Counted from the first letter of the stretch, positions 38,380-48,675 are shown. The stretch: 64,000 bases of DNA from an uncultured delta proteobacterium (GCA_963838485.1 CAWIRY010000115.1:2323-66322), one strand, 5' to 3'. Notes: generated by a model not told the origin, from the sequence alone. Translations and numbers: made by a program.

Positions 38380-38817
38380 ATGTCCGCAGGTAAGGACAAG
38401 GTGTTATTTGTCTGCGTGCATAATTCAGCCCGGAGTCAGATGGCCGAGGCCTTATTGAAAAGAATGGCCGGTGATCGGTATGAGGTGGAGAGTGCCGGGC
38501 TGGAGCCGGGGCAGTTAAATCCCCTGGCCGTGGAGGTCATGAAGGAAATCGGTATTGATATTTCCGAAAATCAGACCAAGAGCGCCTTTGATCTTTTTAA
38601 ACAAGGAAAGTTGTACACCTATGTAATTACGGTCTGCGATGAGACCGAGGTCGAGCAATGCCCCTTTTTCCCAGGGATCACCTCTCGTCTCCATTGGGGT
38701 TTTGCCGATCCTTCCGGCTTTGAAGGAAATCACGAAGAAAAACTGGAAAAGACCAGGCAGGTCCGAGAGGCCATCAGGGATAAGATCGAAGCTTGGCTCA
38801 AGAAGATTAATGATTGA
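38380..38817 (+). CDS. arsC: Arsenate reductase, LMW-PTP / thioredoxin-coupled type.
   Basis: [17 protein letters not shown], the CX5R P-loop. Confidence 0.85.
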   Translation: MSAGKDKVLFVCVHNSARSQMAEALLKRMAGDRYEVESAGLEPGQLNPLAVEVMKEIGIDISENQTKSAFDLFKQGKLYTYVITVCDETEVEQCPFFPGITSRLHWGFADPSGFEGNHEEKLEKTRQVREAIRDKIEAWLKKIND

Positions 38818-38874
38818 GAAGCCATAAAGGATAAAATCCAACGCCAAAAATTTTTCCGCCCTTAACTCCTTGAC

Positions 38875-40020
38875 TTAACGCGCGACCATGAAGGTGGCCA
38901 TCAACAGCCCGAACAGAAAGAGACCATAAAGACCGTAAAAGCGGGCATATCCCAAGGAAGCGATCGCTTTTCCCCCGATGGCCGCGCCGACCCCGCCGCC
39001 ACCCATAAAACAAAAGGCCACCAAAGACATGGCCGTGCCCCGGGCCATCTTGGCAAACTCGGTTGCAAAAGTCAGCAGACTCGAATGGGCCAACATGAAT
39101 CCGATACCCAGAAGGGCCACCCCCAGGATCAGCATCAGTACACTGGTTTTGACCCCATATAATAGGAAATCCGCCCCCATGGCCACAATCAGCCCCAATA
39201 CCAAAGTATTCGGCCTGCCGAGATGGGGGACGATTTTTCCCACCAATCGCCCAGTTATGACCGCCCCGGCCCCAAAGGCGGTCAGGGTCAGCCCGATATA
39301 AAGATAGTTGAAATGGAAGAGGTGCTCCGTGTAGGCTCCCAAATAGGAAAAAGAGCCGATGATCAGGATGCCCTCGACCAGTATAATCAAATATATCAGC
39401 AGACTTTTTGAACTGCCGATCAGGTCCAGATAGGGCTTCAGAAACTGACTGTGGGGATTTTTTTTAGAGGAGGCTTCCCGGCCGGTAGAGATGAGTAGGA
39501 TGGTGGCTATCACTGATAAGGCGGCGTAGGTGAAAAAGACCCCACGCCAACTGACAAAGAAGGCGATGGACCCGCCGATAGCCATGCTGAGTCCCTGCCC
39601 TAAAAAGGCGATGCCCATAAAGGTCCCGATGGCCTGCTGCCGCCGCTCCATGGGGACAACGTCGCCGATCAGGGCCAGGGAGATGGGCATGACCGAGGCG
39701 GCAAATATCCCGGTCAGGGCGCGGTAAAGGCCGAGATCCAATAACCCAAGTCCTAAACCACAGAGGGCCGTACCGATGGTGAAGAAGATCATGGAAAAGG
39801 TAATGACCTGCTGTTTCCCGAAGCGGTCGGCCAGGGGGCCGAAGACCAGTTGAAAAAGGCCAAAAGGGATCATATAGGCACTGATAAGCAGCCCGGCCTG
39901 AACCGGAGATACCCGGATAGAGCGGGCGATGGCCGGCAGGATGGGTGAGACCACCCAGTTATCGGCCATGACCACGAACCCGGCCAGACCGAGGATCATA
40001 ATAAGACGATTTTCTTTCAT
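38875..40020 (-). CDS. MFS transporter.
   Basis: 381 aa, 12 TM helices. Confidence 0.75.
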   Translation of the reverse strand: MKENRLIMILGLAGFVVMADNWVVSPILPAIARSIRVSPVQAGLLISAYMIPFGLFQLVFGPLADRFGKQQVITFSMIFFTIGTALCGLGLGLLDLGLYRALTGIFAASVMPISLALIGDVVPMERRQQAIGTFMGIAFLGQGLSMAIGGSIAFFVSWRGVFFTYAALSVIATILLISTGREASSKKNPHSQFLKPYLDLIGSSKSLLIYLIILVEGILIIGSFSYLGAYTEHLFHFNYLYIGLTLTAFGAGAVITGRLVGKIVPHLGRPNTLVLGLIVAMGADFLLYGVKTSVLMLILGVALLGIGFMLAHSSLLTFATEFAKMARGTAMSLVAFCFMGGGGVGAAIGGKAIASLGYARFYGLYGLFLFGLLMATFMVAR

Positions 40021-40074
40021 GGAGATATTTCCTTATAAGGCTGCCCGAGACAGCCATTTGAAGAGGTTTAGATG

Positions 40075-40779
40075 TTAGGTAATAAAAGGGTTGACTATAA
40101 AATAAAGGCCCAGTAACACGATGAGCACCCCGGCCCCGCGACGGAACCATTGGGCGCCGGTCTGCCAGGACTGGTTTTCGATGACTTTACGGACGGCGGC
40201 CGTCGAGCTGCCGGCAATCAGGATGGGCAGGCAATGGCCGATGGCAAACAGCAAAATCAACAGGATCCCGTTGGCTATCTTTCCCTGAACCGTGATGATG
40301 GCCAGGATTGGGGCGATAAAGCCGAAGGTGCAGGACCCGGAAAGAACCCCATAGGCCAGACCCAGGACAAAGGCCCCAAAAATGCCTTTTAAATTCAACC
40401 GATATAATAAGCTGCCGGACATGGAACATTTCTCGACCCCCAGCATCCCCAAAGCCACCCAGATCAGGATCAACCCTATAAGGATCTGCCAGTAGTTACC
40501 CACGTCGCCCAGCATACGTCCCAGAAGGGAACAGATGATGCCGATCAAAGCGATGGTGATAAACAGTCCGGAGGTAAAGGCTACGGAGTAATATCCGGCC
40601 TGTCGGGCCTGGACCGTCTTTTCCTGCCCGGCCACATAGGCCACGATCAACGGGATGGAGGCCAGATGGCAGGGGCTGAAGACCACGCTGATCATGCCCC
40701 AGAAAAAGGCCCCCAGGGCGGCTATATAGGTTTCCCCGACAAGCCAGTCATTGACGGTCAGGAAAATATTTTCCAGCAT
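40075..40779 (-). CDS. ccdA: Cytochrome c-type biogenesis / thiol-disulfide transporter CcdA (DsbD TM domain).
   Basis: 234 aa with two conserved membrane Cys (SPCHLASIPL and a second). Confidence 0.8.
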   Translation of the reverse strand: MLENIFLTVNDWLVGETYIAALGAFFWGMISVVFSPCHLASIPLIVAYVAGQEKTVQARQAGYYSVAFTSGLFITIALIGIICSLLGRMLGDVGNYWQILIGLILIWVALGMLGVEKCSMSGSLLYRLNLKGIFGAFVLGLAYGVLSGSCTFGFIAPILAIITVQGKIANGILLILLFAIGHCLPILIAGSSTAAVRKVIENQSWQTGAQWFRRGAGVLIVLLGLYFIVNPFIT

Positions 40780-40800
40780 GGAAACCTCACCTGTTAAAGA

Positions 40801-41187
40801 TTATTTGACCCCGATCTTTTTTAACTGGCTGACAATATCTTTCTCGCTCATAAACCCTTCATGGCGGAAGACTTCTTTACCGGTTTTATCATAGAAAATC
40901 TGGGTCGGTATGACCTGAATATTGAAAGGCTTGGCCTGTTCCGGGAACTTCCAGACGTCAATAAAAACGACGGCAGCCTTGCCCTGATAATCCTTCTCCA
41001 GCTTGGTCATAATTGGGGCCATCAACTTGCAGGGAATGCAGGCATTGGCCCCCAGGTCAACCAGGGTTACCATGCCTTTGACCGGTACTTCTTTATAGCT
41101 GCCTGCCTGGGATAATTGAACTCCCGTCAAAAATAAAAATCCGATGAGGAGCACACCCGCAATTTTTTGATAAGGCCAATTGTTCAT
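40801..41187 (-). CDS. Membrane-anchored/secreted thioredoxin-family protein (CIPC).
   Basis: 128 aa, signal/anchor followed by LGANACIPCKLMAP. Confidence 0.7.
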   Translation of the reverse strand: MNNWPYQKIAGVLLIGFLFLTGVQLSQAGSYKEVPVKGMVTLVDLGANACIPCKLMAPIMTKLEKDYQGKAAVVFIDVWKFPEQAKPFNIQVIPTQIFYDKTGKEVFRHEGFMSEKDIVSQLKKIGVK

Positions 41188-41206
41188 TTTTTTATTTTCC
41201 TTCCTC

Positions 41207-41488
41207 TTAAATCAGTCCGAATTGAATCAATTTTTTTTCAATCTCCGTTTGAGGGAAAAAACCGGTATGCCTGAAAACCTCCCGGCCGTTTTTGTCAAAG
41301 AACACCTGCACCGGTACGTATTTGATCCCGAAACGAGCCGTTAAAATCACTTCCTGGTTCACATGGACGAAAAGGACATTTAACTTGTCTTTATATTTCT
41401 TCTCCAGGTCGGCCAATATGGGGGTCATCATGTCACAGGGCCCGCAGCCGGTGGCCCCAAAGTCGATCAGACTCGGTTTACCGGACAT
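41207..41488 (-). CDS. Thioredoxin (CGPC).
   Basis: 93 aa, DFGATGCGPCDMMTP. Confidence 0.8.
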   Translation of the reverse strand: MSGKPSLIDFGATGCGPCDMMTPILADLEKKYKDKLNVLFVHVNQEVILTARFGIKYVPVQVFFDKNGREVFRHTGFFPQTEIEKKLIQFGLI

Positions 41489-41605
41489 CCTGGCCCGGTC
41501 TACCGGGTTGTCTCGGGCCAGGATGCTTTGTTTTTTTACCCAGTCTTCATTAAGCCGGACGGATGCTTGCCGAACGAGAGTTTGGATGTAATGACGTTGA
41601 GCCTC

Positions 41606-42130
41606 CTACCTTTTTTGTTGAGTCAAAAGATGCTTCAGCAGGTCACGAGTCTCTTCAAAAGAAGCGCTCCCGATCATCCCTTTGTTCTGGACATAAAAAT
41701 TCTTTAATTCCCCCTCTGTTATGTTGCCGGGCTTTACCTTTTCAGAGAGAAACTTCGTGATTGTCTTTTCTTCTTCATCTCCCGGTTTATGTCCTGCCTT
41801 ATAGGCTTCCTGAAGGACCAATTGCTTGGTGGCCATTTTTTCCAACAGATAAAAGGCATTTCTAATAAGTTGCTTATGTAATGCCGAGTCCGATTGGTTA
41901 ATCTCCCTGGTAAGTTCCGATTCTTTAATGTTCAGACTCCCGGAGGTTAACAGGGTGCCTTTGGGCAGCTTGGACAGGGTTGCCGACTTAAGGGCATCAG
42001 AAGCCAGCCCGTGATATAGTTCCTCAACGGTTTGACCGGCCTGGGCGTTAAATAAGACCAATAAAGACTGGAGCAAGAACAGCAGGATGAGAAAAAATAG
42101 ACTAACAGATAGTGGTTTGCCGGTAGCCAT
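41606..42130 (-). CDS. Hypothetical secreted/membrane-anchored protein.
   Basis: Start taken at MATGKPLSVSLFFLILLF... The longer ORF-track extension overlaps the thioredoxin_3 gene and is rejected. Confidence 0.35.
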   Translation of the reverse strand: MATGKPLSVSLFFLILLFLLQSLLVLFNAQAGQTVEELYHGLASDALKSATLSKLPKGTLLTSGSLNIKESELTREINQSDSALHKQLIRNAFYLLEKMATKQLVLQEAYKAGHKPGDEEEKTITKFLSEKVKPGNITEGELKNFYVQNKGMIGSASFEETRDLLKHLLTQQKR

Positions 42131-42162
42131 AGATTTTCCTTTTTGTATCGGCGTTACCTTGG

Positions 42163-42396
42163 TTATTTTTTTATCCAGGCAAGAATTTCTTCTTTCTTGG
42201 GGACCTTGCCCACCGACATTACCTGGCCGTCCACAACCACTGCCGGGGTGCTGATGACTCCAAAGGTCATTATTTTCATGATGTCGGTGACTTTTTCCAC
42301 CGTGGCCTCCACTCCTACTTCGGCCACCACTTCCTTGACGATTTTTTCGGTTTGTCCGCATTTGGGACATCCCGGTCCAAGCACTTTGATTTCCAT
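42163..42396 (-). CDS. Thioredoxin_3 family protein (redox-active disulfide protein 2).
   Basis: 77 aa, MEIKVLGPGCPKCGQTEK... Confidence 0.8.
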   Translation of the reverse strand: MEIKVLGPGCPKCGQTEKIVKEVVAEVGVEATVEKVTDIMKIMTFGVISTPAVVVDGQVMSVGKVPKKEEILAWIKK

Positions 42397-42408
42397 ATTA
42401 ATGCCTCC

Positions 42409-43350
42409 TTACTGAGAGCTTTTTTCTAAAGAATGGTTGTCCTTGCATATCGTGCATAGTAAATCCACGGGTTCATAAGATTTGCTCTCAAATTGAAGAA
42501 TGGGATGATCGATGTCGAATTTAGATAAGAGCAGGGCCCGTACTTTTTTAGCCAACTCGTCCACCTGGCAGAGCATCTGGTCCGGCACAATCACGTGGGC
42601 CGCCAGGGCGATAATCCCGGAAGAGGGGTTCCAGACATGGAGGTGGTGAAGGCTTTCGATGCCCTCCAGACCCTCGACCGCTATTCGAATGGCCTTCAAA
42701 TCGATACCCGGCGGGGTGGCGTTCATCAAAATGAGCAGAGCTTTCTTTAATAAACTCCAGCCGCTGTAAAGGATCAAGAAAACGATGACCCAGGACACAA
42801 TAGGGTCCAGCCAGTACCAGGGATAAAACAGCCAGATTAGCCCCAGGATAGCCACCCCAAGGGATGTCAGGGCATCGGTCAACATATGGAGAAAGGCACC
42901 GCGCATGTTGAGGTTTTCTTTGGCACCGGCGTGGAGCATCCAGGTAGATATGCCATTGGCCACAACGCCCAGGAGGGCCGCCCCAATGACGATATTTCCG
43001 TGGATGGGGGCCGGATTTTTCAAACGAATCCAGCCTTCCACGGCTATGAACAGGGCGGCTCCGAAGAGGAGGGCCGTATTGAAAACTGCGGCCATGACCT
43101 CCACCCGTTTATAGCCGAAGGTCAGGGAAAGCGTAGGTCCCCGTTTGCCGATTTTCAAGGCCATATAACTGATCAGGATCGAAGCTAAGTCGCTTAGATT
43201 ATGCAAGGCGTCACTGATCAAAGCCATACTGCCGGCCATGATGCCGGCGACGATCTGAACAGCCGGGATGATCAGATTCATCACCATGGTGATGAACAGA
43301 CGTTTGCCCCAGGAGGTTTCCGGGTTGTGATTATGATGATGTGGATCCAT
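42409..43350 (-). CDS. CDF family metal cation efflux transporter (CzcD-like).
   Basis: 313 aa, His-rich N-terminus, 6 TM helices and a CDF C-terminal domain. Confidence 0.85.
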   Translation of the reverse strand: MDPHHHNHNPETSWGKRLFITMVMNLIIPAVQIVAGIMAGSMALISDALHNLSDLASILISYMALKIGKRGPTLSLTFGYKRVEVMAAVFNTALLFGAALFIAVEGWIRLKNPAPIHGNIVIGAALLGVVANGISTWMLHAGAKENLNMRGAFLHMLTDALTSLGVAILGLIWLFYPWYWLDPIVSWVIVFLILYSGWSLLKKALLILMNATPPGIDLKAIRIAVEGLEGIESLHHLHVWNPSSGIIALAAHVIVPDQMLCQVDELAKKVRALLLSKFDIDHPILQFESKSYEPVDLLCTICKDNHSLEKSSQ

Positions 43351-43403
43351 AAGGAATACTGATTAACTATATGAATAATTAGTAATTATTCGATGAAAAA
43401 ATT

Positions 43404-43739
43404 TTACAACCGGGTCATTAAATGATGCTGCTCCCTGGCCTGGGCTTTTAAGAGCTTGGAAACCCCGGTCAGCAGGTCCAGGATTTCGGGGGTTTTTATC
43501 CGGTATAGGATGCGCAGGCCGTCTTTACGGGATTCCAAAATACCGACCTGTTTCAAGATCGAAAGATGCTTGGAGACGTTGGCCTGTTCCTGATTAATGG
43601 CCGGAAATATTTCACAGACGCAGCGTTCCCCATCCTTTAAAAGTTCCAAAATTTGCAATCGCGTAGGCTGGCCCACGGCCTTGAGGATCGAGGCCTGGCC
43701 TTCCAATATCTTTTGTTTCATCTGATTTGATTTTTCCAT
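43404..43739 (-). CDS. arsR: ArsR/SmtB-family metalloregulator.
   Basis: 111 aa with the ELCVCE-like motif (GERCVCEI) and a winged HTH. Confidence 0.85.
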   Translation of the reverse strand: MEKSNQMKQKILEGQASILKAVGQPTRLQILELLKDGERCVCEIFPAINQEQANVSKHLSILKQVGILESRKDGLRILYRIKTPEILDLLTGVSKLLKAQAREQHHLMTRL

Positions 43740-43787
43740 AATGGATTATATAGTTATATTCTTTTCCCTTAAAGTCAAGAAAAAAAA

Positions 43788-44864
43788 TTACAGAAGGGCA
43801 TTAAAGAGAAAACCCACCAGAAGAATTCCCGTTGCCACCACCCCGACAAAGACCGCAATGAGCCGTGGTTTCAAGACCTTTCGCAGGATAATGGTTTCCG
43901 GCAATGATAAGCCGATAACGGCCATCATAAAGGCCAGCACTGTGCCCAGGGCGGCCCCTTTTTCCAAAAGGGCCTGGACTACCGGGATGATCCCGGCGGC
44001 ATTGGAGTACATGGGAACACCCAACAGGACGGCCAAGGGGACCGACCACCAGGCCTCTTTGCCCATGATGGAGGCCATAAAACCAACGGGAACGTAGCCG
44101 TGGATGGCCGCGCCGACAGCGATACCGGCAACAACATACAGCCAGACTTTGCCGACGATGTCTTCGACCGCCTGCCAGGCGTAGTCGATCCGGCTCGACC
44201 AGTTCAGGGTTTCCATGAATAAGGGGGAGCCGTTGGTCCTGATTTCCCGGACCCAATCTTCGATATGGTTTTCCATGTGTAACCGACCGATGACCCAGCC
44301 GCTGACAATGGCAATCATCAATCCGGTCGTCAAATAGAGGAGGGCCACCTGCCAGCCAAAGAGCCCGAACAAAAGCACCAGGGCGATTTCATTGACCATG
44401 GGGGCAGAGATCAGGAAGGACAAAGTGACTCCCAAAGGTACCCCGGCTTCGACAAAGCCAATAAATAAAGGGATGGCCGAGCAGGAGCAGAAAGGGGTGA
44501 CGATTCCCAGGCCGGCGGCCAGAACATTTCCGGCCGATTCCTTTTTGTCGGCTAAAATAGCCCTGGTTTTTTCCGGGGTAAAGAAAGAGCGCAGGATCCC
44601 CACTCCAAAGACCACCAGGGTAAGGAGCATCAGCACCTTGGGGACATCGTAGAGAAAAAAGGCGATGGCCTCGGCCAAATGAGTGCCTCTGTTCAGGCCA
44701 AACAAATCAAAGGTCAACCACTCGGTGAGTTTGGGCAATTGATAATAGAAAATCCACCAGGCCATCAAGGCCACCAACAGGATAAGCAGTTTTTTTCGCA
44801 GGCTTATTTGGCCGGAATTTTCATTGATCCTTTGAATACATTCACAGGAAACGGTGTCGTTCAT
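43788..44864 (-). CDS. arsP: DUF318/ArsP-family permease (organoarsenical efflux type).
   Basis: 358 aa with the TPFCSCSAIP motif. Confidence 0.7.
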   Translation of the reverse strand: MNDTVSCECIQRINENSGQISLRKKLLILLVALMAWWIFYYQLPKLTEWLTFDLFGLNRGTHLAEAIAFFLYDVPKVLMLLTLVVFGVGILRSFFTPEKTRAILADKKESAGNVLAAGLGIVTPFCSCSAIPLFIGFVEAGVPLGVTLSFLISAPMVNEIALVLLFGLFGWQVALLYLTTGLMIAIVSGWVIGRLHMENHIEDWVREIRTNGSPLFMETLNWSSRIDYAWQAVEDIVGKVWLYVVAGIAVGAAIHGYVPVGFMASIMGKEAWWSVPLAVLLGVPMYSNAAGIIPVVQALLEKGAALGTVLAFMMAVIGLSLPETIILRKVLKPRLIAVFVGVVATGILLVGFLFNALL

Positions 44865-44995
44865 CTTTGTTTTTTATTCCTTTTCAGCGGTTTTGATTTT
44901 TTATTAAACCACTTTATGACTATGTAGTAATATAGTTATAAAATGAGGAATGTCAAGAAAAAATTGAAACATGGAGAGGTATTTTTGAAGGTCCA

Positions 44996-45026
44996 TAAAA
45001 AAGCCGTCTCAAAGGCGGCTTTTTGT
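44996..45026 (-). terminator. Rho-independent terminator; bidirectional (A-run / hairpin / T-run).
   Basis: aaaaaaGCCGTCtcaaaGGCGGCttttttg, downstream of the minus-strand gene 45053..45325. Confidence 0.6.
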
Positions 45027-45052
45027 TTTAGCCTGAAAACGGCGGCGGTTTT

Positions 45053-45325
45053 TTAGGTTCTTTTCAGGATTTCGAGGGCCTGCTCATATTCCCTCAGCCT
45101 TTGCTCCCAGATTTTCAGCTCCTCATGGTCTTTCAGCCACATCTCAAAATCAAGGTTCTTGGCTGCCTGCAGGTCCGGCTCGAGAGTCTGCAGAAATGCC
45201 TCTGTAGTCATGCCAAATTTTTTTTCTCTGGCCAGAAGGGCCTTTTTCTGTTGGCCAATAACCCTACGGCACAGCGAGATCTCTCTGCCGATGGAGATCT
45301 CGTACTCATCTGTGTGCATGATCAA
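45053..45325 (-). CDS. Hypothetical protein.
   Basis: 90-aa ORF with its own terminator. Confidence 0.4.
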   Translation of the reverse strand: MIMHTDEYEISIGREISLCRRVIGQQKKALLAREKKFGMTTEAFLQTLEPDLQAAKNLDFEMWLKDHEELKIWEQRLREYEQALEILKRT

Positions 45326-45609
45326 CTCTCTGCTTTAGAGGTTTGATAAGAATTTACATTTAGGATGGAAAGAGTATAATATAAACAGAAAGAGTGGTCA
45401 ATGAAGAAAGGGGCCTGCTTCCCCTCAGATTTAGATTAGGGGAGGGGGGGCAAGCAGTTTAATCCTCTTGACAGCGGCTTTATTTTTAAATAAATTTAAT
45501 ATAATAACCAAGAAAGGAGGGGGGAGATCAAAGGAAATAAAAAAATCAATTAGAAACCTCATTACTTGTTAATATCTTTAACCTTTATCTAAAAAGGGAG
45601 ATCAAGGGC

Positions 45610-47055
45610 ATGGAAGAAAAAAAACAGGGCATAAACGAAGACTGGATGTCTTTATGGATTGGGCTGTTTATATTCATTCTGTCCATGGGGGTATTTATCG
45701 GGGCTGACATCCTTGGATTTGGTGTAAACGCGGCAATATGGACGAATTTATCAAAGGCATTAAGTCCTATATCCAAAGCCTATAGCGGTTTGGGCGGAGT
45801 AGGATCCCTCATTGCGACCTATCTATTTCTACTCATTGTTATGACCATCAGTGCGAAAATCTTGAAAGCCGATATTAAGCGGTTTATCGGAGGTTTTACC
45901 GCCGTTTTCTTGATCAGCTATATCTGCTGGATCATCGGAAGCTGGGCCCATGTGGCCGTCACAATACCCCCTGATATGAAGAAATTCGGAATCTCCTGGT
46001 CGTTGAAACTGACGCCTGAAGGGGGGTTTATTGTTGCGCTGGTCGCCGGCCTGATCGTCGGTAATTTTTTTCCTGGTTTTGCCGAAGCCATAAAGGAGGG
46101 TGTAAGGCCTGAATTATACATCAAGACCGCCATTGTCATTCTGGGTGGATTTTTGGGTATTACCGCGGCAGAAAAGTTGGGACTGGCCACAGCAGTAATG
46201 TTCAGGGGGCTGTGTGCAATCGTCGAGGCTTACCTGATTTACTGGGCCTTGGTCTATTTCGTTGCCAGGAAATACTTTAAATTCAGCCGGGAATGGGCAG
46301 CACCTCTGGCTTCAGGCATATCGATATGTGGTGTGTCCGCGGCCATAGCCACGGGTGCGGCAATAAAGGCCAGGCCGAAGATCCCCATCATGGTATCTTC
46401 ACTGGTGGTTATCTTTGCCGTTGTCGAGCTATTGGTACTCCCGTTTCTTGCGGAGAAGTTTGTCTGGAAAGAGCCGATGGTCGCGGCGGCCTGGATGGGA
46501 CTGGCGGTTAAGACCGACGGAGCGGCGGTTGCCAGCGGCGCTGTCACTGAATCTCTCATAAGGGCCAAGACACTCGAGATGACGGGGGTGAACTATAAGG
46601 AAGGCTGGATGATAGGGACAGCGGCCACGGTGAAGGTATTTATTGATATTTTTATAGGGGTCTGGGCCTTTATCCTGGCCATAATCTGGTGTACTGTTAT
46701 AGAATGCAGACCGGGAGAAAAGTTCCGACCAGGTCAGATATGGGAGAGGTTCCCAAAGTTTGTTATCGGCTATGTGATTACCTTTCTTATCATTTTATTT
46801 ATCGGGATGAAATTACCTGGGTTGATGGGCAAAACAAAGGCAGCCATGGGGGAAGGTAATATCTTCAGGGTAATATTCTTCGTGATGACCTTTTTCACCA
46901 TCGGTGTCATGTCTAATTTTAAAAAGCTTTGGGAAGAAGGGATCGGCAAATTAGCCGCCGTTTATCTGATCTGTCTCTTCGGGTTTATCATCTGGATAGG
47001 GCTGTTCATCTCCTGGATATTTTTCCATGGGGTGCATCCCCCTTTGGTAGGATAA
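45610..47055 (+). CDS. Polytopic integral membrane protein (putative transporter; YeiH/UPF0324-like resemblance uncertain).
   Basis: 481 aa, at least 12 predicted TM segments, with an RBS before the start. Confidence 0.5.
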   Translation: MEEKKQGINEDWMSLWIGLFIFILSMGVFIGADILGFGVNAAIWTNLSKALSPISKAYSGLGGVGSLIATYLFLLIVMTISAKILKADIKRFIGGFTAVFLISYICWIIGSWAHVAVTIPPDMKKFGISWSLKLTPEGGFIVALVAGLIVGNFFPGFAEAIKEGVRPELYIKTAIVILGGFLGITAAEKLGLATAVMFRGLCAIVEAYLIYWALVYFVARKYFKFSREWAAPLASGISICGVSAAIATGAAIKARPKIPIMVSSLVVIFAVVELLVLPFLAEKFVWKEPMVAAAWMGLAVKTDGAAVASGAVTESLIRAKTLEMTGVNYKEGWMIGTAATVKVFIDIFIGVWAFILAIIWCTVIECRPGEKFRPGQIWERFPKFVIGYVITFLIILFIGMKLPGLMGKTKAAMGEGNIFRVIFFVMTFFTIGVMSNFKKLWEEGIGKLAAVYLICLFGFIIWIGLFISWIFFHGVHPPLVG

Positions 47056-47118
47056 AATGAATTTGAAAGAATTTCCTGAAAAATCAATAGACCTTCCTGA
47101 GCCAGAAAGGAGCTATTT

Positions 47119-47277
47119 ATGGCTGAAGAACTTAAAATAGTCGACGAATTAAAGGAGATGGAGTACGAACCCCTTCTTCCCATAGAGAAAAAACTTATAG
47201 GTTATAGCCTGATAATCGGGGTGGTTCTTCTTGGACTGCTTATCTGGGCCAGTTATACCTTCTTCCCCGGACAGTAA
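47119..47277 (+). CDS. Small single-TM protein (52 aa), possibly an accessory subunit of the upstream transporter.
   Basis: AAAGGAG RBS 7 nt before the ATG. MAEELKIVDELKEMEYEPLLPIEKKLIGYSLIIGVVLLGLLIWASYTFFPGQ. Followed by a strong GC hairpin. Confidence 0.3.
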   Translation: MAEELKIVDELKEMEYEPLLPIEKKLIGYSLIIGVVLLGLLIWASYTFFPGQ

Positions 47278-47293
47278 AGGATATTCATCACTG

Positions 47294-47327
47294 CAGCCCT
47301 GCTGCCGTCAAGGGCAGCAGGGCTCCA
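47294..47327 (+). terminator. Strong GC-rich hairpin (12-bp stem) after the transporter operon. No immediate U-tract.
   Basis: gcAGCCCTGCTGCCgtcaaGGGCAGCAGGGCTcc. Confidence 0.3.
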
Positions 47328-47541
47328 ATGATGGAAATCAGGGTTTTTATTAACTACCGGTAATAATTGAAAAGGGTTGTCGTGCTGGTTTTGTTTTGAT
47401 AAGCTTTCCCGATTCTCAGGATAAGCCTCATTTATACATCCAGGGAAGGCCGGAGGATGGCTCACCATTTTCTCTTGGAAACCATGGCCCGTGGGGGGAG
47501 TCAGGCCCGGGGGAGGAGGGGAATTCGCTCCTTGCCAATGT

Positions 47542-48579
47542 TCAAAGTTTAGGGCATCCCCGACAGGGAGGAGCCAGGTTCCCCTTGTTAAAAGAACGAC
47601 GAAAACGACTATAATCCTTTTTCCGCCAGATATCTCTCAGCGGTTCCTGGTTAATATTTCCAAACACCAGGCGCTCATAGGGCTTTTCTTTTCCCTGCCG
47701 GAGAAATTTACCGCCAGGGATCATCAGGTTGGTGAATACGCAGGGGGTCACGGAACCATCTGAGGCTACACATAAAGCCCGGCGGATATTTTCGGTGCAC
47801 TCTTGGCGTTTTCCGAGAAGGGGTGGCAGATTGAAATGGATCGGCAAGCCGCTTTGCGCCCCGGTTCGGACCACCCCCTGAAGAATATTTTCCAATTCTT
47901 TATATTTCCCTTCCGTGGCTGGTTGGATGGTTTCTAATTCCAATTCCGGTTGGGCCACGAAATCCAGAGTACTTATGACCACCTGACTGATGTCCAGTCC
48001 CTGCAAAAGGGAGGTCAAAAGGTCCAAATCTTTCATTCGGGAGCGAAACAACATATAGGCTATATGGATAGCCGGTTTCCGGCTGTTGGCCCGTTTTTTT
48101 TCCCGATTCAGGGTTCGGATGGTTTCCAATATCTGTTCCAGTCTGGTTCCCCGGCGGATACTATCATTATGGAAGTCCGCTCCAGCCAGGGAGAAGGCCA
48201 CGACATCCAATTCAGAGGCCACCAAACGGGTTATCCGCTCCGGGTTCAAGAGCATCCCGTTGGTGGTCGTCCCTACCCGACATCCGGCGGCCTTGGCTAT
48301 GGCGGTCATAGTAAAAAATTCCGGATGGAGAAAAGGTTCCCCCCAACCCTGTAAATGAACCATTCGGGATAGGGCGAAAGCCGATTGGAGTCTCTTGAAG
48401 GATTCCAAAGGAAGATATCGATTCTGCCAGATATCCCGGTAGGCCGTGCGAGGGCAATAACAGCAGGCTGCCGGACAATCCGAAGTGACCTCCACCTGAA
48501 TCCAGTCGAAACGAGGCTCAAACAATGAAAATAGCCTGGTCCATCGGTAAGCCGACCTCTCTTTTTCTGAATTATTCAT
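47542..48579 (-). CDS. Radical SAM protein with a C-terminal SPASM/twitch Cys-rich domain.
   Basis: 345 aa with CPAACCYC (CxxxCxxC) and a C-terminal CVASDGSVTPCVF...CRGCPK. Confidence 0.8.
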   Translation of the reverse strand: MNNSEKERSAYRWTRLFSLFEPRFDWIQVEVTSDCPAACCYCPRTAYRDIWQNRYLPLESFKRLQSAFALSRMVHLQGWGEPFLHPEFFTMTAIAKAAGCRVGTTTNGMLLNPERITRLVASELDVVAFSLAGADFHNDSIRRGTRLEQILETIRTLNREKKRANSRKPAIHIAYMLFRSRMKDLDLLTSLLQGLDISQVVISTLDFVAQPELELETIQPATEGKYKELENILQGVVRTGAQSGLPIHFNLPPLLGKRQECTENIRRALCVASDGSVTPCVFTNLMIPGGKFLRQGKEKPYERLVFGNINQEPLRDIWRKKDYSRFRRSFNKGNLAPPCRGCPKL

Positions 48580-48588
48580 TCTAAAACT

Positions 48589-48675
48589 TTATGTCATTGG
48601 TTGATGGTCACTGTGACTACCTTCTCCATACCCGTGTTCTGGAAAGTGCCATTTATCTTGAAAGGCTGAATCCAT
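48589..48675 (-). CDS. Candidate 28-aa micro-ORF 10 nt upstream of the rSAM/SPASM gene (possible RiPP-type precursor); weak evidence.
   Basis: MDSAFQDKWHFPEHGYGEGSHSDHQPMT*. No clear RBS. An alternative 32-aa frame is also open. Confidence 0.15.
   Translation of the reverse strand: MDSAFQDKWHFPEHGYGEGSHSDHQPMT

Noticed and set aside
41606-42370. 254-aa ORF with a basic, Gly-rich N-terminus.
   Set aside because: The N-terminal 80 codons overlap the well-supported thioredoxin_3 gene (42163..42396) in another frame. The start was moved to the internal MATGKP.
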